From positions 228,534,001-228,598,000 of the forward strand of contig NC_086097.1 in assembly GCF_963921235.1 (NCBI RefSeq): a stretch of 64,000 bases of DNA, read 5' to 3'. Shown here in pieces: positions 52,801 through 64,000 of the stretch. The notes under the pieces were generated by a model. It was given only the letters and a program-made list of their open reading frames with translations, was not told the DNA's origin and did no database searches. Numbering within the stretch: the first letter of the stretch is position 1; the number at the start of each line of letters is the position of its first letter. The DNA is from Mobula hypostoma. Lineage: Eukaryota. A program made the position numbers and the translations under genes.

Positions 52801-54543
52801 ACCACATGTCCATAGTACATTTCCCTGCAAAAACGTCATTCCAATTCACACCCGCAAGTTCTAGCCGTATAGCCTCATAATTTGCCTTTCCCCAATTAAA
52901 AATTTTCCTGTCCTCTCTGATTCTATCCTTTTCCATGATAATGCTAAAGGCCAGGGAGCGATGGTCACTGTCCCCCAGATGCTCACCCACTGAGAGATCT
53001 GTGACCTGACCCGGTTCATTACCTAGTACTAGATCTAGTATGGCATTCCCCCTAGTTGGCCTGTCCACATACTGTGACAGGAATCCATCCTGGACACAAC
53101 TCTGCCCCATCTAAACCCTTGGAAATAATCAGGTGCCAATCAATATTAGGGGAGTTAAAGTCACCCATGATAACAACCCTGTTATTTTTGCACCTTTCCA
53201 AAATCTGCCTCCCAATATGCTCCTCTGTATCTCTGCTGCTACCAGGGGGCCTATAGAATACCCTCAATAGAGTAACCGCTCCCTACCTGTTCCTGACTTC
53301 CACCCATGCTGACTCAAAAGAGGATCCTGCTACATTACCCATCCTTTCTGTAGCTGTAATATTATCCCTGACCAGTAATGCCACCCCTCCTCCCCTTTTC
53401 CCACCCTCTATATCCCTTTTAAAGCACTGAAATCCAGAAATATTGAGAATCCATTCCTGCCTTGGTGCCAGACAAGTCTCTGTAATGGCCACTACATCAT
53501 GATTCCATGTCTGTATCCAAGCTCTCAGTTCATCACCTTTGTTCCTGATGCTTCTTGCATTGAGGTACACACATTTCAGCCCTTCTACCTTACTGTCTTT
53601 ACACCGTTTATTCTGCTTCTCTTCCCTCAAAGCCTCTCTGTATGTTAGATCTGGCTTTACTCCATGCAATTCTTTCACTGCTCTATCGCTCTGAGTCCCA
53701 TCCCCCTCACAAATTAGTTTAAACCTTCCCGAACCATGCTAGCAAACCTACCTGCAAGGATATTTCTCCCCCTCGAGTTCAGGTGCAACCCATCCAAACT
53801 GTACAGGTCCCACCTTCCCCAGAAGAGATCCCAATGATCCAAAAATCTAAAACCCTGTTCCCTGCACCAACTCCTCAGCCACGCATTCAACTGCCATCTC
53901 CTCCAATTCTTACCATCACTGACACATAGCACTGGCAGCAATCCTGAGAACGCCACCCTTGAGGTCCTGTTCTTCAGCCTTCTGCCTAGTTCCTGAAACT
54001 TACACTACAGGACCTCATCCTTCTTCCTGCCTATGTCATTGGTCCCAACATGTATCACGACTTCTGGTTGCTTTCCCTCTCGTACCAAGATGTCGTGCAC
54101 CCGGTCAGAGACATCCCGGACCCTGGCACCCAGGAGGCAACAAACCATGCGGGTGTCCTTCTCGCGTCCACAAGATCTCCTGTCTGCTCCCCTGACTATA
54201 CAGTCTCCAATGACGACAGCTCTCCTCTCCTCCGTCCCACCCTTCTGCGCCACAGGCTCAGACTCAGTGCCGGAGGCCCTGCCACCGTGGCTCACACCTG
54301 GTCGGTCGTCCCTGCCAACAGTATCTAGGACGGTAAACTTATTATTCAGGGGAATGGCTACAGGGGTGCTCTGCACTACCTGTCTGCTCACCTTCGCTTT
54401 CCTCCCTCTGACTGTCACCCAATGACCTGCTTCCGACAGCCTAGGTGTGACTGTAGCTCTCATCTATGACTGCCTCATTCTCCCTTATGAGTCGAAGGTC
54501 ATCCAGCTGCTGCTCCAGATTCCTTACGTGGTCTTTCAGATCG
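49897..54543 (-). mobile_element. Near-full-length CR1 (5'-truncated in ORF1), interrupted by a solo LTR
   Basis: ORF1 esterase-like (54005-54463, 53714-53956); APE (53283-53678); RT (51346-52218, FADDTK); C-terminus (50037-50420); (ttctatg)n tail. Confidence 0.95.
50429..51286 (-). mobile_element. Young solo LTR, 858 bp
   Basis: tgttacg...cgtaaca termini; perfect 4-bp TSD ggtc 50425-50428 / 51287-51290; minus-strand AATAAA near 50515 and gataaaa near 51055; CpG retained. Confidence 0.9.
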
Positions 54544-57500
54544 CTCAAGATTTAAAGCAATATTTTGATGAATGATGTTTGCCATTTGATTTGCCTGTGT
54601 AAGTAATCAGATTGTGTCAAACTGCTACAGGATCCTGTAATGTATTCAATTGTTTCTGGTTTTTCTTGTCATTCTTTTCGTTATCATCTTGAATTTGTTG
54701 GCATTTTTGACAATTTTTTGTGTTAACCACCATTATTATTATTGAGTTAACCATATTATTATTATTATTATTATTATGGTATATAAAGTATAGATAGAGT
54801 GTACAGCCAGAGAGATTTTCCCAGCATGGAAATGGCTAATATAAGAGGGCATGATTTTAAGGTGATTGGAGGAACATACAGGGGGTATGTGAGAGGTACA
54901 GTAGGCTGTTACACAGACAGTGGTCAACCATATGTTACAGTAAAAGAATATTATATTCTTTTGTTAATGGCAACTATTAAAACATTTGATGAATGAAAAG
55001 CAGAAATAAGATTAGAGAAGGAATGATTCTAACACAAACAATCACATTGACCAGTCTGAAGTTAATGCATGATAATAGACAGATCATTTAGTCACAAATC
55101 AAAAAATCAATGACCATTAAATAATTCTTACCAAATGGTGGAAGTACAGGAGAGAATACCTTCAGTATCAAAAACTACATAAAAGCATAGCATGTAACAT
55201 TTAGTATATACTTTATAGTAATTATATATTATAATATTTATTGAACTATTCAGCAGAATAATGAAAAGCAAAGTTTAAACCCAATATTAGAAATGATGTT
55301 GTCCTCAATAATTCACATATATCAGAAGGCATAAATATCAAAACATGCCTCGTACATTAAATTCAGCAGTGAGGCAAGAAACGAGGGTTGAATTCATCGG
55401 TGACAATGAAAGTTACAGTCAAAAATTAGAAGCAGTTCCACGCTTTAGGCAATAATCAATTTTTGTAAGAAAAAAAGTTAATGTTTCTACCTCATGGGGT
55501 AGATGCTGGTTGAAATATTTTAAGTTAGAAACACCCCTGAGTAGTATGATCAATTACATGCACCATTTGAAAAAAAATTTAACCTTGACAGGTGATTGCT
55601 ACTGGGCCATGGTCTACATTCTGTTGAAGATTAAACTCCGCTCTGCACGCAGCATTTCATCATACAGTAAAACCTTCATTATCTGCCACATTCAGTAATT
55701 TGGTGGTTCCAGATGGTAGATGTTATTCTTATTAATATCCACCAGTAAGCTTTTAATTCAATTCTTTAGCTGTTACACTGTCTTATAGTACATTTTCCAG
55801 TGAGCCCTTTGGAAGTTGAAGGGGAACATGAACATCAGCTTCCTAGCGAATCTTAGTGATGCTGGTAAAAGAGTGTGGGTGAGGATCCCAGTGAACATGG
55901 ATTCAGGGCCACAGAGCGTGGGTTCAGGGCCCAGTGAGTTTAAAGCGAGTCAGGTAATGGGCTCGACTGAGTATAAAGAAAGCGTTGGAAATATCACCTG
56001 TTGAGTCAGAGGCCAAACCTAGAGGATTTACAGTATAAAGAGTCAGATAGCAGATTATCAGTGTTTGTGTCTTCCTGTAATATTCCATTGAAATTTCTCA
56101 TTAGTCTTGCTAATGCCATTGTTATTGCATATAAAAATGAATTTATAAAATAATAAAATTACGGAAATGTCGTGCAGTTGCCGTAATACCAGAGAACAGC
56201 TTAACGGTTTAATTCCCCAGGAGATCTAACACAAACTCTCTTAGTTTTATTTTATGCCGATGGATTAACAAACAGAGTATTAGATATTCTTAAGTGCACT
56301 TTAAGACACCTTGGTCTAATGCTTGCATTCCTTTTATATGAACAATGAAAAGCTGAGAAAGATTGCTATCGTAATATACCAGCCCGTTTTGTAATTCAAG
56401 GGGAAAAAGCATATAAAAATTAATGGCTGGAAGAAAATGGACAACGGTAAATCCAGGGTTGTGCTGATTAGCAAAGAGACAGAACACAACGTCAGTGTCA
56501 CATTGTACAACCTACACGGTGCACTGGCCCAGCTCATGTTGTTCTGACATTATCATCAGTAGGTAGGCTTATTCAGAAAGTTAGAAGGCATGGGATCCAG
56601 GGAAGTTTGGCCAGGTGGATTCAGAATTGGCTTGCCTGCAGAAGGCAGAGGGTGGTGGTGGAGGGAGTACATTCAGATTGGACGATTGTGACTAGTGGTG
56701 TCTCACAAGGATCTGTTCTGGGATCTCTACTTTTCGTGATTTTTATTAACGACCTGGATGTGGGGGTAGAAGGGTGGGTTGGCAAGTTTGCAGACGATAC
56801 AAAGGTTGGAGGTGTTGTAGATAGTGTAGAGGATTGTCAAAGATTGCAGAGAGACATTGATAGGATGCAGAAGTGGGCTGAGAAGTGGCAGATGGAGTTC
56901 AACCCGGAGAAGTGTGAGGTGGTACACTTTGGAAGGACAAACTCCAAGGCAGAGTACAAAGTAAATGGCAGGATACTTGGTAGTGTGGAGGAGCAGAGGG
57001 ATCTGGGGGTACATGTCCACAGAACCCTGAAAGTTGCCTCACAGGTGGATAGGGTAGTTAAGAAAGCTTATGGGGTGTCAGCTTTCATAAGTCGAGGGAT
57101 AGAGTTTAAGAGTCGCGATGTAATGATGCAACTCTATAAAACTCTGGTTAGGCCACACTTGGACTACTGTGTCCAGTTCTGGTCACCTCACTATAGGAAG
57201 GATGTGGAAGCATTGGAAAGGGTACAGAGGAGATTTACCAGGATGCTGCCTGGTTTAGAAAATATGGATTATGATCAGAGATTAAGGGAGCTAGGGCTTT
57301 ACTCTTTGGAGAGAAAGAGGATGAGAAGAGACATGATAGAGGTGTACAAGATAATAAGAGGAATAGATAGAGTGGATAGCCAGCGCCTCTTCCCCAGGGC
57401 ACCACTGCTCAATACAAGAGGACATGGCTTTAAGGTAAGGGGTGGGAAGTTCAAGGGGGATATTAGAGGAAGGTTTTTTACTCAGAGAGTGGTTGGTGCG

Positions 57501-57559
57501 TGGAATGCACTGCCTGAGTCAGTGGTGGAGGCAGATACACTAGAGAAGTTTAAGAGACT

Positions 57560-57791
57560 CATCAAAGTTGCTGGTGAACGCAGCAGCCAGGCAGCATCTG
57601 TAGGAAGAGGTGCAGTCGATGTTTCAGGCCGAGACCCTTCATCAGGTCCCTTCGTCTAGTCCTGACGAAGGGTCTCGGCCTGAAACGTCAACTGCACCTC
57701 TTCCTACAGATGCTGCCTGGCCTGCTGCGTTCACCAGCAACTTTGATGTATGTTGCTTGAATTTCCAGCATCCGCAGAGTTCCTGTTGTTT
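57560..57791. mobile_element. Young palindromic Penelope-like mini-insertion
   Basis: Perfect 14-bp TSD aagtttaagagact 57546-57559 / 57792-57805; arms ~57560-57646 and ~57661-57748. Confidence 0.92.
57658..57693 (+). ncRNA. Minimal type I hammerhead ribozyme motif
   Basis: agtc-CTGACGA-a-gggtctcggcct-GAAA-cGTC-aact; intact core, one stem I mismatch. Confidence 0.75.
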
Positions 57792-58034
57792 AAGTTTAAG
57801 AGACTACTAGACAGGTATATGGAGGAATTTAAGGTGGGGGCTTATATGGGAGGCAGGGTTTGAGGGTCGGCACAACATTGTGGGCCGAAGGGCCTGTACT
57901 GTGCTGTACTATTCTATGTTCTACGTTCTACGTTCTATCAGCAACATCCTTGAAGCTGGCAATAATTTCATTGCTGGTCAAGTTCCAGACTTGCTCAAGG
58001 TACAGTGCACAACTAGAAATGATAATTTTTTTTA

Positions 58035-58232
58035 GAGGTAACAGGCCCTTCCCATCGAATGACCAATTAATCTTGTGTCTTTGGAACAGATGAAGAAGCC
58101 AGAATACCCATAAGAAAGCCATGTAGTCACGGGGCAAATGTACAAACTCTTTACAGACAGTAGCAGGATTTGAACCCAGGTTGCTCGCCCTATAACACTG
58201 TTGTGCTAACCACTACATTACCGTACCACCCT
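58035..58232 (-). mobile_element. tRNA-derived SINE
   Basis: gtacaaactctttacagacagtagcaggatttgaaccc (B-box complement). Confidence 0.7.
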
Positions 58233-58804
58233 AAATATTGCTGCATTCAAAGATATTAATGGAAAGCAACAGTGCCCTAAAGTTGAATGTTGTCCTTTCT
58301 TACGCCCAAACCTATACTACATCAGACTTCCAGCATCTGCAGTACCCCCTGTGTCTATGTGCTACATCTAGTGCCAATGCCAAGTCGTATTCCATGTAAG
58401 TTAGGGTTGCTCAAAAGTACATTAAAAAAATGGAGATCTGTGCCCTAAAAGAGAACTTGTGTTCTTCTTAGCGGCAGCTGCACTAAAAGCTCCCAGATTC
58501 CTCATCTTTGCCATGCTGATCACTGCAAGGAGAGTCAGACCTGAAAGGAACTCACTCCCTGGTAGACCCAAGCTGGCTGCCCTGCAGATGAAAGAAGCAC
58601 ATAGGATATGGGATGGATGATATTCCCCTGTGTGTGCGAGCAGCCCCCAAGCATTTTCCAGTCCTGATCAAGCCCCCTGTCATGAGTGACCCTACAAAAC
58701 GAGGTGCAAAGCGAGCAATGTTATAGAATCATGGAATCACAGACTGAACAGCACTGAAATAGGTCCATGTCACCCCTTGTCCACTGATTCTACATTAGTT
58801 CCAT

Positions 58805-59900
58805 GGTTTAGAGCACGAACGAGGAGGAATTTCTTCACCCAGAGCGTGGTGGGTCTGCATAAGCTATTGCGACAGCTGTGTAGGGCCAGTCGTCGAGCAT
58901 ATTTAAAGCAGAGATTGATAGGTTCTTGATTAGTATGGATGTCAAAGATTATGAGAAGAGACGAGAATGGGTTTAAAAGGAAAAAATAAATCAGTCATCA
59001 TCGAGTGATGGAGCAGACTTGATAGAACGAATATCCTAATTCTGCTCCCATGTCCTATGCTCTTCAATGTCTTGGTAATTCAAGTACTAATGTCTCCTGT
59101 GAAAAGATTCCAGCTCAGATCTCTACAAAACCTCCTACGTCATATCTTAAACCATGCCTCTTTTCCCTACAATGGGAAAAAGGATTTTTACAATCTACCC
59201 TATCTAACCCACTCAGAATTTTATTTACATCAATTGGGTTACCTTTCGGCTTCCTTCTCTCGGGGAAAACACCCCAGCTGAAACAATCTCTCATTAGAAA
59301 TGAAATGCTCCAATCTGGGCAAAATCCCAGAGCCTCTGGACCCTCTGAAATGCAAACATATTCTTCCTATGGTATGTATTCCAATTTTTGGAATATTACA
59401 TTCAATTTTTTTGGCTGTTATAGGAGAGATGCCACTAAGTTGGAAAGACTGCAGAGGAGATTTATGAAGATGTTGGCAGGATTCAAGGAACTGAGTTATG
59501 GAGGGGGTTTGAGCAGGTTGGCCCTCTTTTTATTAGTGCATAGGAGAATGAGGGGTGAGCTTATAGAATCATGAGGGATATAGACGGGGTCAAAGCACAC
59601 AGTCTTTTTCCCAGCATTGGGAAATGATCAACAAGAGGGAATACAATTAAGGTGAGAGGGGAGAAATTTAATAGGTCCTTGGGAAGCATTTTTTTTTCAC
59701 CCAGAGGGAGGTCAGTGTATGAACTGGGATGAGGCATGTATATTAGCAACATATAAAATATACATAGTCTGGTACATGGATGTGAAAGGTTGAGAGGGGA
59801 ATGGGCCAAACATAGGCAAATAGTACTAGCTCAGATGAGAACCATGGTCAGTAGAGAAGAGTTGGGCCAAAGAGCCTGCTTCTATGCTGTAGGACTCCAT
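58805..59900. mobile_element. Cluster of old CR1 3' fragments in both orientations
   Basis: RRNFFTQSVV at ~58820; KLERLQRRFMKMLAG in ORF 59050-59574. Confidence 0.7.
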
Positions 59901-61153
59901 TTTCCAGATTCGAGAACCGGAACTGCACACAGTACTACAGTGTTGTGTATTGCTGTGCCCTGAATTATATAAAAAGAGTGTGATTCCTGTTGGAAGGACC
60001 AGTAGTGTGGTTTCCATTATAATAAAATCAAAAACTGAGGTTGGCAGATGGCCTGTACAAGACATTGATATCACCCTGGATACCATTTAATTAGCACCTT
60101 GTTGCTGTTCTCAGCATGATGTTCTTCTAATCTCTTTGTTCAACAAAGATCGCAGAGAACATCCAAAAAATCTAATTTATCTCATTAAGAGAGTAAGCCA
60201 TCATAAATATTGAGGTAAATTGCCCACAGAATTAACTAGGCCCATTTCCCGATGGGTACTGTGATGATATTGGGTTTGCTGACCATGAAGTTCTAAAGTC
60301 AGCCCTATCAGATATAAACAAACTACGGGTACCCTCACTAAAGGGAGGTTATACTGTAGCTAGCCACTCGTCAAGACTAGTTCACTTCCCTGTTTATCCT
60401 CCACGGTGAGTTTAGCTGCCAATACCCACTAACTGAGTGGTGGGACCCACCCCCCAACCAAGGAGGAGATACTTCCAGCTAACAAAGTGGTTTAAACACA
60501 GTTCATTTATTTTCAGTGACTCATGTTTTAAATCCGGATCAAGCTCTTAAAACAGATTTAAAACTAACAGAGCATTTTTATCTTAAAAAGCATTTCCAAA
60601 TTACGAACAATTTCTAAAACTCAAAGGACTTCCAAAGCACAGATGCAATTCCTCCAAGCTAAAAAGACATACCAAGAATGCAGGTATCAAAGGCATCCAT
60701 TCCAGAAATCATAGGCAACAAATGAATTCCAGTCATCCATCATTCTGCCTTTCCTCTTGATGTTCTTTAACCATTTCTAATAAGTCTGAGCTGTTCTTTA
60801 CATTTTCTGCCACTTATATGGCATTTTTTTCAGATACCCTTTTTACACAAATGGTCTAAAAACTTCTTGGAGACAGAATTCCCAGGTTCCCAAAGTGAAT
60901 GCTGTGAAGCTGCCTCTTTGAGCATATAAAATTTCCGACTATTAAGAGATCAGCCATTTGATACACTAAGTGGTTATTATCAATCTGGTCTGCAAGCTTC
61001 CTTGAACTAAATCATTTAGTCAGCTTGTCTGGTTTGCAACAAGCTCAGTTAAATAACCCCAATGTCTTATACTGAGAAATCAGTCCAGGTGCTGTGGAGC
61101 AACATCTTGCATTCTATGTGCAGTGTGCCTGTTTGCAAAGCTGTCCTTTTAAC

Positions 61154-61661
61154 TTCAAAGTTGCTGGTGAACGCAGCAGGCCAGGCAGCATCTCTAGGAA
61201 GAGGCACAGTCAACGTTTCGGGCCGAGATCCTTCGTCAGGACTAACTCAAAGAAGAGCTAGTAAGAGATTTGAAAGTGGGAGGGGGAGGGGGAGATCCAC
61301 AATGATAGGAGAAGACAGGAGGGGGAAGGGATGGAGCCAAGAGCTGGACAGGTGATTGGCAAAAGTGATATGAGAGGATCATGGGACAGGAGGCCCAGGG
61401 AGAAAGAAAAGGGGGAGGGGGAAAAAACAGAGGATGGGCAAGGGGTATAGTGAGGGGGACAGAGGGAGAAAAAGGAGAGAGAGAAAAAGAATGTGTGTAT
61501 ATAAATAAATAACGGATGGGGTACAAGTTGTCCTCTGGTTTTCCCCCCTCCCCCTTTTCTTTCTCCCTAGCCTCCTGTCCCATGATCCTCTCATATCCCT
61601 TTTGCCAATCAACTGTCCAGCTCTTGGCTCCATCCCTCCCCCTCCTGTCTTCTCCTATCAT
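61154..61661 (-). mobile_element. Young PLE 3' region with an internal inversion
   Basis: ~61302-61435 is inverted at ~61531-61661; terminal part matches 57661-57745. Confidence 0.85.
61208..61243 (-). ncRNA. Minimal type I hammerhead ribozyme motif
   Basis: Minus strand agtc-CTGACGA-a-ggatctcggccc-GAAA-cGTT-gact; perfect 4-bp stem I, NUH triplet GUU. Confidence 0.75.
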
Positions 61662-62479
61662 TTAGAAATGCCAGTTGGTGAGTTTAGAAAGCTGCGTTTG
61701 ACAAAAAAGAAGAGGCCTTCTGGCTTAGGAAGCGAATACCCATCACAATACAATCTAACCTGGATGATGTGGATTTATGAATAAAACTTTCCACTGTTGG
61801 GCTTCTGGCATAACAATAAAAAAAACGACTTCAAAATGAAAGTCAGGATCTACGACCAAATATGCACAAATGTGTTCTATTTTTGCTAGGTTAATGAAAC
61901 TTGCATTGGTTGGAGCCATGCAGACTTGCCAAATGTAGACCATAAATGCCATCTGCCAGCATGCACTAAAGGCCTGTTATATGGATGGGATTCAAGGTGA
62001 ATGGGACATTTTAACTCCCAGACATCTATTCCGTAGCTTGGGAACGACCGATGGGCTGGGAACTGTAGATGGACATATCCCAGATATTTCTTCATATTAC
62101 CTTCCACTTCCCTTGTCTGTCATCAAACAATTCATCAGTGGACTTCAAAACCAATGGGAAAGCAAACTAACTACTCCTCAGTCTAGGCTCTCAGTCAAAC
62201 AGCTGTTTTTACCCATCTCTTGTATCTTTACAACTCCCTAGAGATCTCAGTTATAGTATATGAAAGCAATCAGTTTTTGTTTTATTATCCTTCATACTGT
62301 TTCTTGCAAAATCTCCTTAAACCTTAATTATTAATTCTGAGAACTCCTGGACACTTGGTAAACCTGACTGATAGGCAGGGCCAGAATTTTGTGTTAGTGG
62401 TTGGAGAAAATATTGTCAATGAGATTTTCAGCAGAATCACTATTCAAGAAAGGAAGTAAAGAGGAAAGATAAGCAAGGA

Positions 62480-63280
62480 TGATCGCTTTGATGGGATTGT
62501 ACTATAGTCTCACAAATAGCAAGAAATAGAGGGACAAATATGGAGGAAATAGCTGTAAGAATAATAATAGGATTTAAGGATTTCAGGAATAATAAAGCAT
62601 TTCAGGATGTATATTGTATACATTTCTCTGATGTTAAATTGTACTTTCGAACCTTTGAGGTGATTTCAACTTCCCTAATATTGACTAGAACTATCATAGG
62701 TCTAAGGGCTTGAATTGGATGGAGTTTGTTTAATGAGTCCTCAAATAATGGGTAGATGCTCCTAGCATTCAGGGGCAACACTCAACCTGCCGTTGGGAAG
62801 TGAGACTGAGCAGGGTAGCTGAAGTGTCAGTGAGGGACCACTTTGGGATCTGTGACCATAATTTTACTAGTTTTAAAAAAGTTATGGAAACTGGCAGGAC
62901 TGGTATACAAGTTAAAGTCCTAAACTGGGGCAAAGCTAATTTTGGTGACATTAGTCAGAACCTTGCAAAGTTTAGTTGGAAAAGCTGTTTGCAGGTAAAA
63001 GGACATTTGATAAGTGGAAGAATTGTAGAAGTGAGATAGAGAGAGTTCAGGGCCAACATGTTCCTGTTAGAATGAAGAGTAAGGTAGGCAAGTTAGGGCA
63101 TCCTGGTTGACAAGGGATATTGAGTCATTCATCAGGAAAAGGAAGGCAGCACATGTCAGTTATAAGCATTAAGCTCAGCTAATTAGTTGAGAAGTATAAG
63201 GATGTAGAAGTACACAAGATAGAAAGGCAAAAGGAGGCAGATAAGGTACAGGAAAATCATGGAGGATTGCATAAGCATTT
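62480..63280 (+). mobile_element. Old CR1 APE-region fragment
   Basis: GDFNFPNID at ~62660; VSVRDHFGICDHN..LNWGKANF. Confidence 0.7.
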
Positions 63281-64000
63281 TAGAAACATAGAAACATAGA
63301 AAATAGGTGCAGGAGTAGGCCATTCGGCCCTTCGAGCCTGCACCGCCATTTATTATGATCATGGCTGATCATCCAACTCAGAACCCCGCCCCAGCCTTCC
63401 CTCCATACCCCCTGACCCCTGTAGCCACAAGGGCCATATCTAACTCCCTCTTAAATATAGCCAATGAACTGGCCTCAACTGTTTCCTGTGGCAGAGAATT
63501 CCACAGATTCACCACTCTCTGTGTGAAGAAGTTTTTCCTAATCTCGGTCCTAAAAGGCTTCCCCTTTATCCTCAAACCGTAACCCCTTGTTCTGGACTTC
63601 CCCAACATCGGGAACAATCTTCCTGCATCTAGCCTGTCCAATCCCTTTAGGATTTTATACGTTTCAATCAGATCTCCCCTCAATCTTCTAAATTCCAACG
63701 AGTACAAGCCTAGTTCATCCAGTCTTTCTTCATATGAAAGTCCTGCCATCCCAGGAATCAATCTGGTGAACCCTCTTTGTACTCCCTCTATGGCAAAGAT
63801 GTCTTTCCTCAGATTAAAACTGAGGAAACTGCACACAATACTCCAGGTGTGGTCTCACCAAGGCCTTGTACAACTGCAGTAGTATCTCCCTGCTCCTGTA
63901 CTCGAATCCTCTCGCTATAAATGCCAGCATACCATTCGCCTTTTTCACCGCCTGCTGTACCTGCATGCCCACTTTCAATGACTGGTGTATAATGACACCC
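63281..64000 (-). mobile_element. Young CR1 3' end, runs off the window edge
   Basis: ORF 63378-63836; near-identical to 30946-31669 in reverse complement. Confidence 0.95.

Larger units (their letters stand above)
56563..57937 (+). mobile_element. Young 5'-truncated CR1 with a PLE insert
   Basis: ORF 56607-57659 is open CR1 RT/C-terminus up to the insertion; tail ttctatgttctacgttctacgttcta. Confidence 0.95.

Noticed and set aside
60331..60347. accctcactaaagggag matches the 3' part of the phage T3 promoter
   Set aside because: The 5' AATTA is missing and I see no adjacent vector or polylinker sequence; treated as coincidence unless VecScreen or raw reads say otherwise
63980..64000. Window end coincides with the 5' truncation point of the 30946 CR1 copy
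   Set aside because: The window edge is arbitrary and cannot be interpreted without downstream sequence

Overview
Repeat-dense, gene-poor eukaryotic DNA. The repeat families point to a cartilaginous fish, probably a ray; this is an inference, not a database result. No host protein-coding exon can be supported, and all long ORFs are transposon-derived. Content: many CR1 LINEs from at least five subfamilies, including one full-length TSD-flanked copy (22658-27117) and one near-full-length copy (49897-54543). Also present are Rex1/Babar-like LINE fragments, related non-coding elements, tRNA-derived SINEs, Tc1/mariner remnants, a decayed chromodomain Gypsy element, three solo LTRs, and many Penelope-like (PLE) fragments. 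The most notable signals are two classes of retroelement-borne self-cleaving RNA motif. (1) A candidate HDV-like ribozyme whose P1 helix starts at the first base of a ~460-bp structured non-coding element (4571-5032). (2) A dispersed family of minimal hammerhead ribozymes in short, often palindromic, TSD-flanked PLE inserts. Other items are a fold-back CR1 duplication that copied its own flank, several resolvable nested insertions, and repeat-free islands that may be conserved non-coding elements. Boundaries without a stated TSD are approximate.
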